The notes under the pieces: model-generated
The model's input: only the letters and a program-made list of their open reading frames with translations
Database searches by the model: none
What the model was told of the DNA's origin: nothing
Part shown: positions 1 to 8,427 of the stretch, in pieces
Numbering within the stretch: the first letter of the stretch is position 1
How the letters are laid out: each line of letters opens with the position of its first letter
Origin: a virus
Virus record (IMG/VR): IMGVR_UViG_3300045988_117852
Coordinates: 75,613-139,612 of that record
Direction: 5' to 3' (one strand)
DNA length: 64,000 nt
Translations under genes and position numbers: made by a program

Positions 1-68
1 TACGCAGAAATTATGACTTAAATGCCTATAAGGTAAAGTATATCAGCACTGGAAAACTAACGGATAAA

Positions 69-287
69 ATGATCCGTGAACGTGCCACACGACATACAAT
101 TTATGTGGAAATTATCAAAAGTGTTTCTGCTGGAGGTAGACATGGAACGTATGGAAAAAACTACTATATTGCCTATAACAAACGTGTACGCAAGGGAAAA
201 CACATAACAAGCTATTGTGTATGGAATCCTTGCAATAGTTATTGTGATGATGTAGAAGTCGTGGCAGATAATGGAAAAATCAGATAA
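69..287 (+). CDS. hypothetical small early protein (72 aa)
   Basis: Intact ORF in the co-directional tightly packed early-gene block; no recognisable motif. Confidence 0.35.
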   Translation: MIRERATRHTIYVEIIKSVSAGGRHGTYGKNYYIAYNKRVRKGKHITSYCVWNPCNSYCDDVEVVADNGKIR

Positions 288-304
288 AAAGAAGGTTGGA
301 AATT

Positions 305-538
305 ATGACAACTGTTACTATTTACAGAAACAAAAGAAACGAGAACAAATATATAGAAGTCCATAACGATGGATATTATCACAACTCAGTAAAACAGTTT
401 ATGCAATGGAAGAAAGATCACAATTGGAATCAGCTTGCTAAACCTATCAGAAATGAAATGGGCGATCGAGTCTTACATAGATGGAAAAAAGCAAACTTGA
501 TGACGTTACTGGAAGATTATGAACTGATTACGGCTTAG
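305..538 (+). CDS. hypothetical small protein
   Basis: ORF 296..538. The likely true start is the second ATG, after the GGTTGGAAATT motif. No motif match. Confidence 0.4.
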   Translation: MTTVTIYRNKRNENKYIEVHNDGYYHNSVKQFMQWKKDHNWNQLAKPIRNEMGDRVLHRWKKANLMTLLEDYELITA

Positions 539-556
539 AAAGAAGGTATGGAAATT

Positions 557-868
557 ATGAAAGATTATAGAACGATTATTGATAATGATACAATAGAAAT
601 GTTTTGCACGACTTTAGATGATTACTTAGAAGATAGTTTTGAAGGCTGTATGTTAGATAACTATTTCTTTGATATTGGAAATAACAATATGAGATGGGGC
701 AGAGTTAAGCTAAGAAAGTACGTGATGATCTTAGAAAAGGGCTTGAATGAATGGTCAAGTGTCAACGAACTGTACATGACAGATAGCGAAAAGAAGTATA
801 GAGAACTGTTAGATATGTACTATAAGGATCGTGAAGAGTATGAGAAAGAAAAACTGGAAACGGCATAG
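557..868 (+). CDS. hypothetical small protein
   Basis: ORF 548..868. Internal ATG after AGAAGGTATGGAAATT gives RBS-like spacing. Confidence 0.4.
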   Translation: MKDYRTIIDNDTIEMFCTTLDDYLEDSFEGCMLDNYFFDIGNNNMRWGRVKLRKYVMILEKGLNEWSSVNELYMTDSEKKYRELLDMYYKDREEYEKEKLETA

Positions 869-888
869 AATAGGAGGTATGGAAGATC

Positions 889-1377
889 ATGAGAACAGAA
901 ATCAAAGAAGCAAAAACATATTATATTTCAGATGATGGAATTTATTATACAGACAAATGGGATTGTATCCAGCATGAAAATTGGATCAAAGAAGATAATA
1001 GAAGAATAAATCTACAAGAACGCTGGAATAAATTGATTAACTCTTTACCAATGGAGCAAGGCGAATGTCCAGTATATCAAGAAGCAAGTACAGACTACAA
1101 ATATACATATGTTACCATTAAAAATAAAAAAGAATTGGAAAAAATAAACGATATGTATACAATAGCAAGTCCATATCATCACAAGGTAGAGTATACGGGT
1201 AATTTCCCAATGATTTTAGTTATGGAAACAAATACGGAACTTTATATGGCTGATCTTGAAAAAAGTCATGTGAGATTATGTACATTAGACCATATTAAAA
1301 GTGAAACACTGTGGTATTGGAAAGAAATGGGATACGACATAACAATTACAAAGAAAGATAACCAGGAGGAACAATAG
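889..1377 (+). CDS. hypothetical protein (162 aa)
   Basis: GGAGGT RBS upstream of ATG 889; intact ORF. Confidence 0.45.
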   Translation: MRTEIKEAKTYYISDDGIYYTDKWDCIQHENWIKEDNRRINLQERWNKLINSLPMEQGECPVYQEASTDYKYTYVTIKNKKELEKINDMYTIASPYHHKVEYTGNFPMILVMETNTELYMADLEKSHVRLCTLDHIKSETLWYWKEMGYDITITKKDNQEEQ

Positions 1378-1379
1378 AT

Positions 1380-1715
1380 ATGATTGGAAATAGATATGAA
1401 TTGAAAAAAGATGAAGCAGAACTAAAAGAAATTGAAAATGATCTTGCAAAATATCTTAATGTGCCATTTGTAAAATGTAGCTACGACAATGTAAATAGTC
1501 ATAAGTATAAAGATAAGAATGAAATTGAATATAGAAATAAAGAAGCAATGGAAACTGGTTTATATGATATGTGTGATTACATTATTAACTATGAAAAATA
1601 CAATACGCTAGATGGCTATAAACAAAATAATGGCGGATACGATGGGGAGGTGTATGAATTGTTATATCTTAAGGGAAATGGAAATTATATTGTGATTACC
1701 AATATCGCAGAATGA
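1380..1715 (+). CDS. hypothetical protein (111 aa)
   Basis: ORF abuts the previous stop; AGGAGG lies upstream. Confidence 0.4.
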   Translation: MIGNRYELKKDEAELKEIENDLAKYLNVPFVKCSYDNVNSHKYKDKNEIEYRNKEAMETGLYDMCDYIINYEKYNTLDGYKQNNGGYDGEVYELLYLKGNGNYIVITNIAE

Positions 1716-1745
1716 TTTATAAGAAAACAAAGGAGTGTATATCAA

Positions 1746-1982
1746 ATGGAAATTTTAAAGAAACAAACTTATGAACAGTATCAGTTACAATGGATGATTG
1801 ATCACGGTTTTTCATTAAAAGATTTAATGGAATCTATGGACAGATATTTTATGAACGACGGAGATTCTATCCAGGAATTGTTTAAGGATTGGGAGTATAA
1901 CTGTGGGTTTGGCGGTATGTTGTATGCTTGTAAAGATGAAGCAATAGATTGTGGCGAATGTATAGAAGATGAGGAAGAATAG
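1746..1982 (+). CDS. hypothetical small Cys-rich protein
   Basis: AAGGAG RBS. C-terminal CGECIEDEEE cysteine cluster with an acidic tail. Confidence 0.4.
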   Translation: MEILKKQTYEQYQLQWMIDHGFSLKDLMESMDRYFMNDGDSIQELFKDWEYNCGFGGMLYACKDEAIDCGECIEDEEE

Positions 1983-1993
1983 GGAGAATAATC

Positions 1994-2266
1994 ATGGAAA
2001 TTTTAAAGATGACAGAACGCAAAACAGTAGTAATTCAGACAATTGAGAAGGAAGAACGAAATACTTTTGATATTGGAAAAATCAAAGTATCTGCCTTGCC
2101 ACCGATTGCAAAACGTGATCTTATCGCAGAACTTAAATGCAAGGGCTTCTGCGATGGAATGATTCACACGGCATTGCAATGTAGACTGGAAGATCTAAAG
2201 GACTATGTGAACGTATGGAAGTATGTGGCGTACATCTTAGCGGTAGAACTGATGGAAAGATTATAA
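1994..2266 (+). CDS. hypothetical protein (90 aa)
   Basis: GGGAG RBS; intact ORF. Confidence 0.4.
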   Translation: MEILKMTERKTVVIQTIEKEERNTFDIGKIKVSALPPIAKRDLIAELKCKGFCDGMIHTALQCRLEDLKDYVNVWKYVAYILAVELMERL

Positions 2267-2283
2267 GAAGGGAGTTGGAAATT

Positions 2284-2472
2284 ATGATAACAAGAAATAC
2301 ATATCCCGATGGTAGAACGGAAATTTTTTGTGATACACCCGATGAATATAATGATTTATGCTGTGAGTTTGATCTTGAAGATTGCGGAGCAAGTGGAAAA
2401 TATTATGGATCTAGTTGGAGCCACGATGATAAGAACAATGTAGATGTTTATTTTAAATATAAAGAAGAATAG
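2284..2472 (+). CDS. hypothetical small protein
   Basis: Internal ATG of ORF 2215..2472, preceded by GGGAGTTGGAAATT. Confidence 0.35.
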   Translation: MITRNTYPDGRTEIFCDTPDEYNDLCCEFDLEDCGASGKYYGSSWSHDDKNNVDVYFKYKEE

Positions 2473-2488
2473 AAAGTAGGTGGAAAAA

Positions 2489-2743
2489 ATGAGTCGCAGA
2501 ACGACAATGACAGCACTTGTGTGCCACGTAGAACGCAAGTATAACACGTTATACTTTACGGAAAATCCGCCAAACGCTGGAATTGACGATGATTTGTTTG
2601 GCTATAAATATTTCTTGCTATTCAAGAACACGTTCGGAATTTTTCGGAAATACAGAACGCAAGAAGAAGCAGTCAACGACATGACGGAAATTTTAAAAGA
2701 AGATCCAGCTAATCTATTCAACTTCTCTGTATGCCGTACATAG
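2489..2743 (+). CDS. hypothetical protein
   Basis: ATG after AGGTGGAAAAA; ORF 2480..2743. Confidence 0.4.
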   Translation: MSRRTTMTALVCHVERKYNTLYFTENPPNAGIDDDLFGYKYFLLFKNTFGIFRKYRTQEEAVNDMTEILKEDPANLFNFSVCRT

Positions 2744-3042
2744 TTTATTACATAGCCAATTAAAGGCTTTTACTGTCTGTAATGAAGCAGACTACACCAT
2801 AACGGAAAGACTCGACTATTGAAGCTAATAGTTACTTTATATGAACGGAAAGACTGTACTACTGGTTGATGGTAGTGACGTATTGGAACGGAAAAACGGT
2901 GGCGTATGGTAATTTGTGATAGGTTCGATTCCTATCCCGTCACTTTATGGAAAATATAAATCAAAAGAATAAAGAAAGAAGGTACTTAATTATGGGAAAT
3001 CGTGCAATTATTAAAGGAAAGAACTAGGCGTTAGGCGTATAT

Positions 3043-3651
3043 GTGCATTGGAATGGTGGTTATGATTCTGTAAATGCTTTTTGTACATATTGTAAATTAA
3101 AAGGATACAGAAGTCCAGAAACTGATAGCTACGGAATTGCTAGGCTTGCACAAGTGATTGGAAATTTCTTTGGCGGTAATGTTTCAGTAGGAATTGAGAT
3201 CGTTGACAATAATCCGACACCCAAACAAGTTGAGGAATTATGGCTTGATAATGGAATCTATGAGATTGAAGGTTGGAAAATTGTTAACCATATGAATCCT
3301 GATATAGTTATCAAAGAAGATCATGAGGAATATGACTTAATGGAATTTTTAGAAACCATTGACGAAAATATGCCGACTAAAGAACAGTTAGGAAAAGAAT
3401 TCTTACATTCAGAAGAAATGAACGTCACGGATTTAAAAGTCGGTGACGTTGTTTATTATTGGAATGAATTGTATGGAAAATATGAAAGACATACCGTTAT
3501 AGGAATTGCAGAAGGCGAAACCATTAGAAACGGACATAATATGGATGGAATTCCATATATTGATTTATACGAAAATAATGGATCATATGATGGAAATCCT
3601 AACAATTACTTAGCTTATCAGAAAACAATTAGAGTATGTAAAGAAAAGTAA
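3043..3651 (+). CDS. hypothetical protein (202 aa). An in-frame upstream ATG at 2992 is separated from it by a TAG at 3025-3027.
   Basis: The ORF as called starts on GTG 3043. ATG 2992 carries a good AGAAGGT RBS in the same frame, with a single TAG between. Confidence 0.4.
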   Translation: MHWNGGYDSVNAFCTYCKLKGYRSPETDSYGIARLAQVIGNFFGGNVSVGIEIVDNNPTPKQVEELWLDNGIYEIEGWKIVNHMNPDIVIKEDHEEYDLMEFLETIDENMPTKEQLGKEFLHSEEMNVTDLKVGDVVYYWNELYGKYERHTVIGIAEGETIRNGHNMDGIPYIDLYENNGSYDGNPNNYLAYQKTIRVCKEK

Positions 3652-3715
3652 TTTATAGTGGCGTATGGTAGATAAAAGAGTGCTTTTATCGGGCGGTTCA
3701 ATTCCGCCATCGCTA

Positions 3716-3745
3716 CTTCACACGATGGAAATTATCGTGTATAAT
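3716..3745 (+). promoter_or_regulatory. Sigma-A-like promoter (TTCACA-17-TATAAT). An inverted repeat CACGAT-N7-ATCGTG sits in the spacer.
   Basis: Hexamers and spacing read directly from the sequence; the palindrome overlaps the spacer, so it is a candidate operator. Confidence 0.35.
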
Positions 3746-3811
3746 ATAAGAGAACAGTTAACTTAAAATCTGACCGCAGGCGGTCAGTCACTAAAAAGGA
3801 TGGTGGAAATT

Positions 3812-4564
3812 ATGAAGTACAAAGAACTTATTATGACAGAACAATCTACTGGAAAGAAAACAGTGCTTTATGAGAATGAAGAGTTCAAGAATTTTGATTA
3901 TCTTAGTAATCTCATGATGAAGTATGGGTATAGTGAGAATGATTATGAAAATCTTGATGATGATATTATGAGTGGAATTGATCACTTTGATATTATGGAG
4001 TATGGAAACATAATCGAAACACTTTTATTTGAATATATTAAATATCCTGAGTGCTTTGAGATCCATAAGATTCCTGAAATGCCTGATGGATTTACAAAAA
4101 TCACTTATCATGGTTATACAATCAAATTAAATCAATATAACTGTGATTGGTACTACGGGAAAAGTTCTGACGGAAGTTTATGTGTGACAAGCACTAAGTA
4201 CGATTGGAAAAAACACGACAAGATAAAGATGCTAGTACAACGTGATTATCACGGAAAATTTGAAGAAGAATGGTGGAATATTGTTGACGACAACGGAAAT
4301 CTTATAGTAAAAATCATGGATGATGATATAGAAAAAGTTGTCGCAGACATTAAAGATAATCGTGGTCATGCAATGGATTTTGAAGATTGGTTATTATCAA
4401 CCGATGCAGAAGAGTGTGACGTTGAATGGACTCAAGAAAATTATGATAAAGATAGGGCAGATGAGATTATCAGAAATGATTATAATGACTACCTTAATAT
4501 GCACTGGAAATACGCATGGTTGGTTAGAACAGTAGCGGAAAATATGATCAAGAAGGGAATGTAG
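3812..4564 (+). CDS. hypothetical protein (~250 aa)
   Basis: ATG after GGATGGTGGAAATT; long intact ORF. Confidence 0.5.
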   Translation: MKYKELIMTEQSTGKKTVLYENEEFKNFDYLSNLMMKYGYSENDYENLDDDIMSGIDHFDIMEYGNIIETLLFEYIKYPECFEIHKIPEMPDGFTKITYHGYTIKLNQYNCDWYYGKSSDGSLCVTSTKYDWKKHDKIKMLVQRDYHGKFEEEWWNIVDDNGNLIVKIMDDDIEKVVADIKDNRGHAMDFEDWLLSTDAEECDVEWTQENYDKDRADEIIRNDYNDYLNMHWKYAWLVRTVAENMIKKGM

Positions 4565-4574
4565 GTGGTAAATT

Positions 4575-4853
4575 ATGTTTGATTATGAAAGAAAAGCATT
4601 TGAAAAGAACGTGGAAATTTTAATGGAAGATCATTGCACCCGAAAAGAAGCGGAAAGATTTTTGAAAAATAACACAGTAGTATATGAATTGAAAGATTTT
4701 ACAGAACATTTTGGTCAGTTTATGGAAGATTGGCAAGAAGATAAAGAAGGAATTGAAGCATATAAGAAGATGCTTGAAACTAAAGAACCGATGAGTGGAT
4801 ATAGTTTTGTAGAATATAATGGAAAAGAATATTTGATTAGTTATTGTTTATAG
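4575..4853 (+). CDS. hypothetical protein (92 aa)
   Basis: GTAGGTGG RBS; intact ORF. Confidence 0.4.
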   Translation: MFDYERKAFEKNVEILMEDHCTRKEAERFLKNNTVVYELKDFTEHFGQFMEDWQEDKEGIEAYKKMLETKEPMSGYSFVEYNGKEYLISYCL

Positions 4854-4890
4854 AATAACGGAAAATTTAATACAAGAACAAAGTAATCTA

Positions 4891-4920
4891 GGAAGATGCA
4901 GAAATGTATCTTCCTTTTTT
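4891..4920 (+). terminator. Rho-independent terminator
   Basis: GGAAGAT-loop-ATCTTCC hairpin followed by TTTTTT. Confidence 0.6.
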
Positions 4921-4946
4921 AATGGAAGGAAACGAGGTAAGAGCGA

Positions 4947-5234
4947 ATGAAAGTTAGTAAAGAAGAGTACGAAAGATTAGATTTTGAGGACTTTGTGGAA
5001 AAATTAAAACCACAATACAGTACATTATGTAGCCTTGAAGATATGAAAAATGCTTGCGTTGATGCAGTTAACGTGATGGAAGTTAGCCTTGCAATTCATA
5101 TCCTGGAGCCGATTGAAGAGTACGGTGTATGGTATTACGACTACGATCGAGAAAAGGGTATGCAGTATGTACCGCAGCCATTATCACAAAAAGAGGATCT
5201 TGTAAAGGCTGGATACTTAGAATTAGTCGGATAA
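4947..5234 (+). CDS. hypothetical protein (95 aa)
   Basis: GGAAACGAGG RBS; ORF. Confidence 0.4.
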   Translation: MKVSKEEYERLDFEDFVEKLKPQYSTLCSLEDMKNACVDAVNVMEVSLAIHILEPIEEYGVWYYDYDREKGMQYVPQPLSQKEDLVKAGYLELVG

Positions 5235-5274
5235 TAAAATGCAGATTTAAAAGAAAGATATGAGGTATATAGAT

Positions 5275-6423
5275 ATGAAATTTACATTAAATACAAAGGA
5301 TTTTAAAGAAGTGATAAGCAAACTGGAAAAAACAATTAAGAATAGTGTAACAGATAATTGCATTGTATTTATGGGTGGAAATGTAGTGACATTTATTGCA
5401 AATACAGCAGATGCACGAATGATTATCGTAAAAGACAGTGTTTGTGATGATGTCGGAAAATTCGTTGTGCCATTTGCTAAATTAAAACAAATATCAAAAT
5501 TGAAAGCAAAAGATTTTACTTTTGATTTTCACAAACATGATGGAAAACTTATCGTAAAAGCCGATAAGAAAGTGCAGAGTATTATAGGATCAGAAGTCAA
5601 TGTGACCTACAATGGACTGAAAAAATTACAACACGTTGCCATTATTCCAGGGAATGATCTTTTTGAGATGATGGAAAAACTTTCATTATTTAATAAAGAG
5701 TTAGACAAAAATAAACCGATGATGAATTGCTTTAATTTAAACATTATGAATAAAACAATAACTGTACTTGATGGGTACAGAATTATTCAGAAAGATTTAT
5801 CTGAGTATATGTTTGGCGATACAGCACTGACGGAAATTAACATTCCATTAAGGGCATATATAATGCTTAAAAATTGCTTAAAAGGAAATAAAGGTAACGT
5901 AGAGATTCAAGCCAATCAAGATTATGTACAGTTTACTGGAAATGATTTTACTTTCTTTATTGAAATGGTAGGTGGAAAATATTTTGATGTAGATGAAATC
6001 TTAAAAGGGATTGAACCGACTGGATCAGTAGAGCTTGTAACAAAAGAATTAATGGAAATTACAAAGTATAATGTAAATCATGTTAAAGGTTCAAGATTTC
6101 CAATGCTTCTACATAATAAAGAAAACAAATTAGTATCTTATTGTGAGAACAAACATAATGAGTCATCAATGGATTTTCTCGACACAAAGAACAATGAATT
6201 ATCAGAAAATTTTGTGATTGGATTCGATCCGAACTTTGCATTAGATGCTTTAAAAGTTATTCAAAATGATACGTTTACACTGGAAGTTATGAGTGATAAA
6301 GCACCATGTAAAATTATTGATAATGGATATACGATTGTACTTCTTCCAGTGAATATTAACATGATTGACAAATTTAATGAAGTGTTAGAAAACATCAAAA
6401 CTTTAAAGCAGTCAATGGAATAA
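5275..6423 (+). CDS. dnaN: DNA polymerase sliding clamp (beta-clamp / DnaN-like)
   Basis: ~383 aa. The N-terminus MKFTLNTKDF..L..I..V..N..I.F....V.F.A..TD... matches the DnaN N-terminal pattern, and the size is typical. A replisome is present elsewhere in the window. Confidence 0.5.
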   Translation: MKFTLNTKDFKEVISKLEKTIKNSVTDNCIVFMGGNVVTFIANTADARMIIVKDSVCDDVGKFVVPFAKLKQISKLKAKDFTFDFHKHDGKLIVKADKKVQSIIGSEVNVTYNGLKKLQHVAIIPGNDLFEMMEKLSLFNKELDKNKPMMNCFNLNIMNKTITVLDGYRIIQKDLSEYMFGDTALTEINIPLRAYIMLKNCLKGNKGNVEIQANQDYVQFTGNDFTFFIEMVGGKYFDVDEILKGIEPTGSVELVTKELMEITKYNVNHVKGSRFPMLLHNKENKLVSYCENKHNESSMDFLDTKNNELSENFVIGFDPNFALDALKVIQNDTFTLEVMSDKAPCKIIDNGYTIVLLPVNINMIDKFNEVLENIKTLKQSME

Positions 6424-6432
6424 ATTAGTGTA

Positions 6433-6460
6433 AAGCGGCATCTACATCGGTGCCGCTTTT
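6433..6460 (+). terminator. Rho-independent terminator
   Basis: AAGCGGCA-loop-TGCCGCTT hairpin followed by TTTT. Confidence 0.6.
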
Positions 6461-6502
6461 AAGTTAAAAGAAAAGTTTTATCACAGAATAGGAGCGGAAA
6501 TT

Positions 6503-6772
6503 ATGAATGATAAAGAATGGAAATTAACAAAGGCTGGCGAAGAACAAGTCGAGTATTTCATTAAAGAATGTGAAGCAAAACGAAAAGAGATTCTTGACGC
6601 AGGAAAAGACACGGCTGACGAAACGAATATTCCAACAAAGGAAGATATTTTAAGCGATATTAACGACGGATCATTTCTTGATGAAGATGGATATTTTAAT
6701 GGATGGGGTGTCACGGATAATTACGATCTAGGCATTGGATTGGCATATGGAACTGATATCGTACAGGAATAG
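6503..6772 (+). CDS. hypothetical acidic small protein
   Basis: AGGAGCGG RBS; ORF. Confidence 0.4.
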   Translation: MNDKEWKLTKAGEEQVEYFIKECEAKRKEILDAGKDTADETNIPTKEDILSDINDGSFLDEDGYFNGWGVTDNYDLGIGLAYGTDIVQE

Positions 6773-6784
6773 GAGTGAGAGATT

Positions 6785-6979
6785 ATGAATACAGAAACAA
6801 AACAGGAAATTATCGGAATCGTTATGTGTCACGGAGAGAATGATTATGGATACTGGGGAGGATTTTCTCTAACAGAGGAAGAAGAAGAACAGATTTACGA
6901 GATCATGATGCGACATGATACAGAAGGATGCTCTATTAGAGGTACAAGAAATGACATTGCAAATGAGATTAGGGAATAG
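6785..6979 (+). CDS. hypothetical small protein
   Basis: GGAGTGAGAG RBS; ORF. Confidence 0.4.
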   Translation: MNTETKQEIIGIVMCHGENDYGYWGGFSLTEEEEEQIYEIMMRHDTEGCSIRGTRNDIANEIRE

Positions 6980-6993
6980 GAGAGTGATTAGTT

Positions 6994-7245
6994 ATGGAAA
7001 ATAACGAAGTAAAAAGAATTGCAAACATCTTATTCAATATGTCTTTGGGAATGGACTATGACACGTTCGTAGATGATTGTAAAGAAGATATGAAAATGTT
7101 AACTGAAAGCATTGGAAATTTATCTAAGGCAATAGGAAAATTGTCTAAAGCGGATGATTCTCTGTTTTATGTATTGCAGAATATTGCAGATAACAACGCA
7201 GATATGGAAAATAGATTGGTCAATGCAGATGGATCTATTAATTAA
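6994..7245 (+). CDS. hypothetical small protein
   Basis: GGAGAG RBS; ORF. Confidence 0.4.
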   Translation: MENNEVKRIANILFNMSLGMDYDTFVDDCKEDMKMLTESIGNLSKAIGKLSKADDSLFYVLQNIADNNADMENRLVNADGSIN

Positions 7246-7298
7246 TAGAATGTCAATTTTATTAAAATAATATTGTGTAAAAAGTGTGTAAAATATTA

Positions 7299-7326
7299 TT
7301 GACAGTGTGTAGATATTGTGTATAAT
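7299..7326 (+). promoter_or_regulatory. Strong sigma-A promoter (TTGACA-16-TATAAT) upstream of hicA
   Basis: Consensus hexamers, with GTGT repeats around them; 25 nt upstream of the hicA RBS AAGGAG. Confidence 0.55.
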
Positions 7327-7351
7327 ATAAGTAAGTAAAGGAGACAATACA

Positions 7352-7525
7352 ATGAAGCAGAAAGATTTAATCAAGAAGCTCAAAGCAGGCGGATTTGTCT
7401 TTGACAGACATGGCGGTAACCATGATATCTACATCAAAGGAAACAAAGTTGAATCAGTTCCACGGCACAAGGAAGTTGATGAAAGACTTGCTAAAGAGAT
7501 TCTAAGAAGGAACGGGCTGTTATAA
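7352..7525 (+). CDS. hicA: HicA-family mRNA interferase toxin (57 aa)
   Basis: MKQKDLIKKLKAGGFVFDRHGGNHDIYIKGNKVESVPRHKEV matches the YcfA/HicA fold signature, with the conserved GxH and size. It is missing from the ORF track because it is under 60 aa. Confidence 0.8.
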   Translation: MKQKDLIKKLKAGGFVFDRHGGNHDIYIKGNKVESVPRHKEVDERLAKEILRRNGLL

Positions 7526-7583
7526 TACAGCCTGCCCTTGGAAAATCTTGTTTGCAATCATATATAAGAATAGAGGTGAAAAT

Positions 7584-8018
7584 ATGAAAGCAGTATATCC
7601 TGTACTATTTACAAAAACCGATGACGGAAAATATTTAATTGAGGCACCAGATTTAAATGTATTAACGGAAGGAAAAGATATGTCGGATGCTATTAAAATG
7701 GCACGAGACGCAATGGAATTAACTTGTGTTTCTATGGAAGATAGAGAGGTGGAAATTCCTAAACCAACAAATATTACAGATATCGATATTGCGAAAAGCA
7801 CATTTTTTGATGAAGGAGAAACTATTATTTCATTGGTTGATATTGATTCAACAGAATATCGAAGAAAAATTGATACAAAATCTGTAAGAAGAAATGTTGC
7901 ATTACCTAGTTGGTTAAATTATGAAGCAGAACATTCTGGAATTAATGTTTCTAAAGTGTTACAAGATGCACTTATTCAAGTATTGAATGTTACTGATAGA
8001 CCAAATTATAATAAATAA
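7584..8018 (+). CDS. hicB: HicB-family antitoxin (HicB N-domain plus C-terminal RHH)
   Basis: MKAVYPVLFTKTDDGKYLIEAPDL is the classic HicB N-terminus. The C-terminus RRNVALPSWLNYEAEHSGINVSKVLQDAL is a ribbon-helix-helix. It sits immediately downstream of hicA. Confidence 0.8.
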   Translation: MKAVYPVLFTKTDDGKYLIEAPDLNVLTEGKDMSDAIKMARDAMELTCVSMEDREVEIPKPTNITDIDIAKSTFFDEGETIISLVDIDSTEYRRKIDTKSVRRNVALPSWLNYEAEHSGINVSKVLQDALIQVLNVTDRPNYNK

Positions 8019-8046
8019 TATATATAAAAACGATTAATTTATTGTC

Positions 8047-8076
8047 AATAGGCACTTTTAATAGTGCCTATTTTTT
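8047..8076 (+). terminator. Rho-independent terminator after hicB
   Basis: 10-bp stem AATAGGCACT/AGTGCCTATT, 6-nt loop, then a T-run. Confidence 0.7.
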
Positions 8077-8095
8077 AGCAAAGGAGAGTAAAATT

Positions 8096-8266
8096 ATGCC
8101 ATTGGTTTTATTATTAATAATTATATTTATCGTTCCAGAGGATAGTTTGGAATATATGTTAGGAGCTATCTTAGGTGGTGGCTATGGAATTTTAATGGTT
8201 ATAGCATTTGTTGCTATTCTGTATGGAATTTATAAGTTCTTTTCCGATCTTTGGAACGGAAGATAG
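8096..8266 (+). CDS. small membrane protein (two predicted TM helices)
   Basis: AAGGAGAG RBS. MPLVLLLIIIFIV and GGGYGILMVIAFVAILYGIY are hydrophobic segments. Confidence 0.45.
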   Translation: MPLVLLLIIIFIVPEDSLEYMLGAILGGGYGILMVIAFVAILYGIYKFFSDLWNGR

Positions 8267-8427
8267 AATGGAAAATATCATTTGATATGAATCATTCTGA
8301 CACACCAGAAATTGACGAACTAGAATTAGAGTGAATACAAATTAATATAGGTAACTAGGACACTTATGGAAAATTCCAGAGTGTCTTTTTTAATACAAAT
8401 TTTTACATAAGAAAGGTGGAATTGATT

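Noticed and set aside
2356-2547. Sub-gene-length − strand ORFs from the six-frame track (e.g. 2356..2547, 3791..3985, 6481..6714, 7120..7383, 7520..7801, 11173..11361, 12523..12897, 13661..14042, 14423..14791, 15111..15521, 16213..16680, 21171..21734, 30360..30851, 31870..32070, 32806..33102, 34410..35174, 38278..38592, 39043..39342, 52370..52567, 53193..53501, 55002..55451, 57253..57606, 58824..59162, 61022..61288)
   Set aside because: All lie antisense inside well-supported + strand genes, have low-complexity or hydrophobic translations typical of AT-rich antisense frames, and have no RBS. Treated as spurious.
3688-3718. Possible tRNA at 3660–3720 (T-arm-like GGCGG-TTCAATT-CCGCC)
   Set aside because: No complementary acceptor 5' strand, D-arm or anticodon arm could be built. 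More likely a GC-rich hairpin in a structured leader. Kept only as a remark in a finding.
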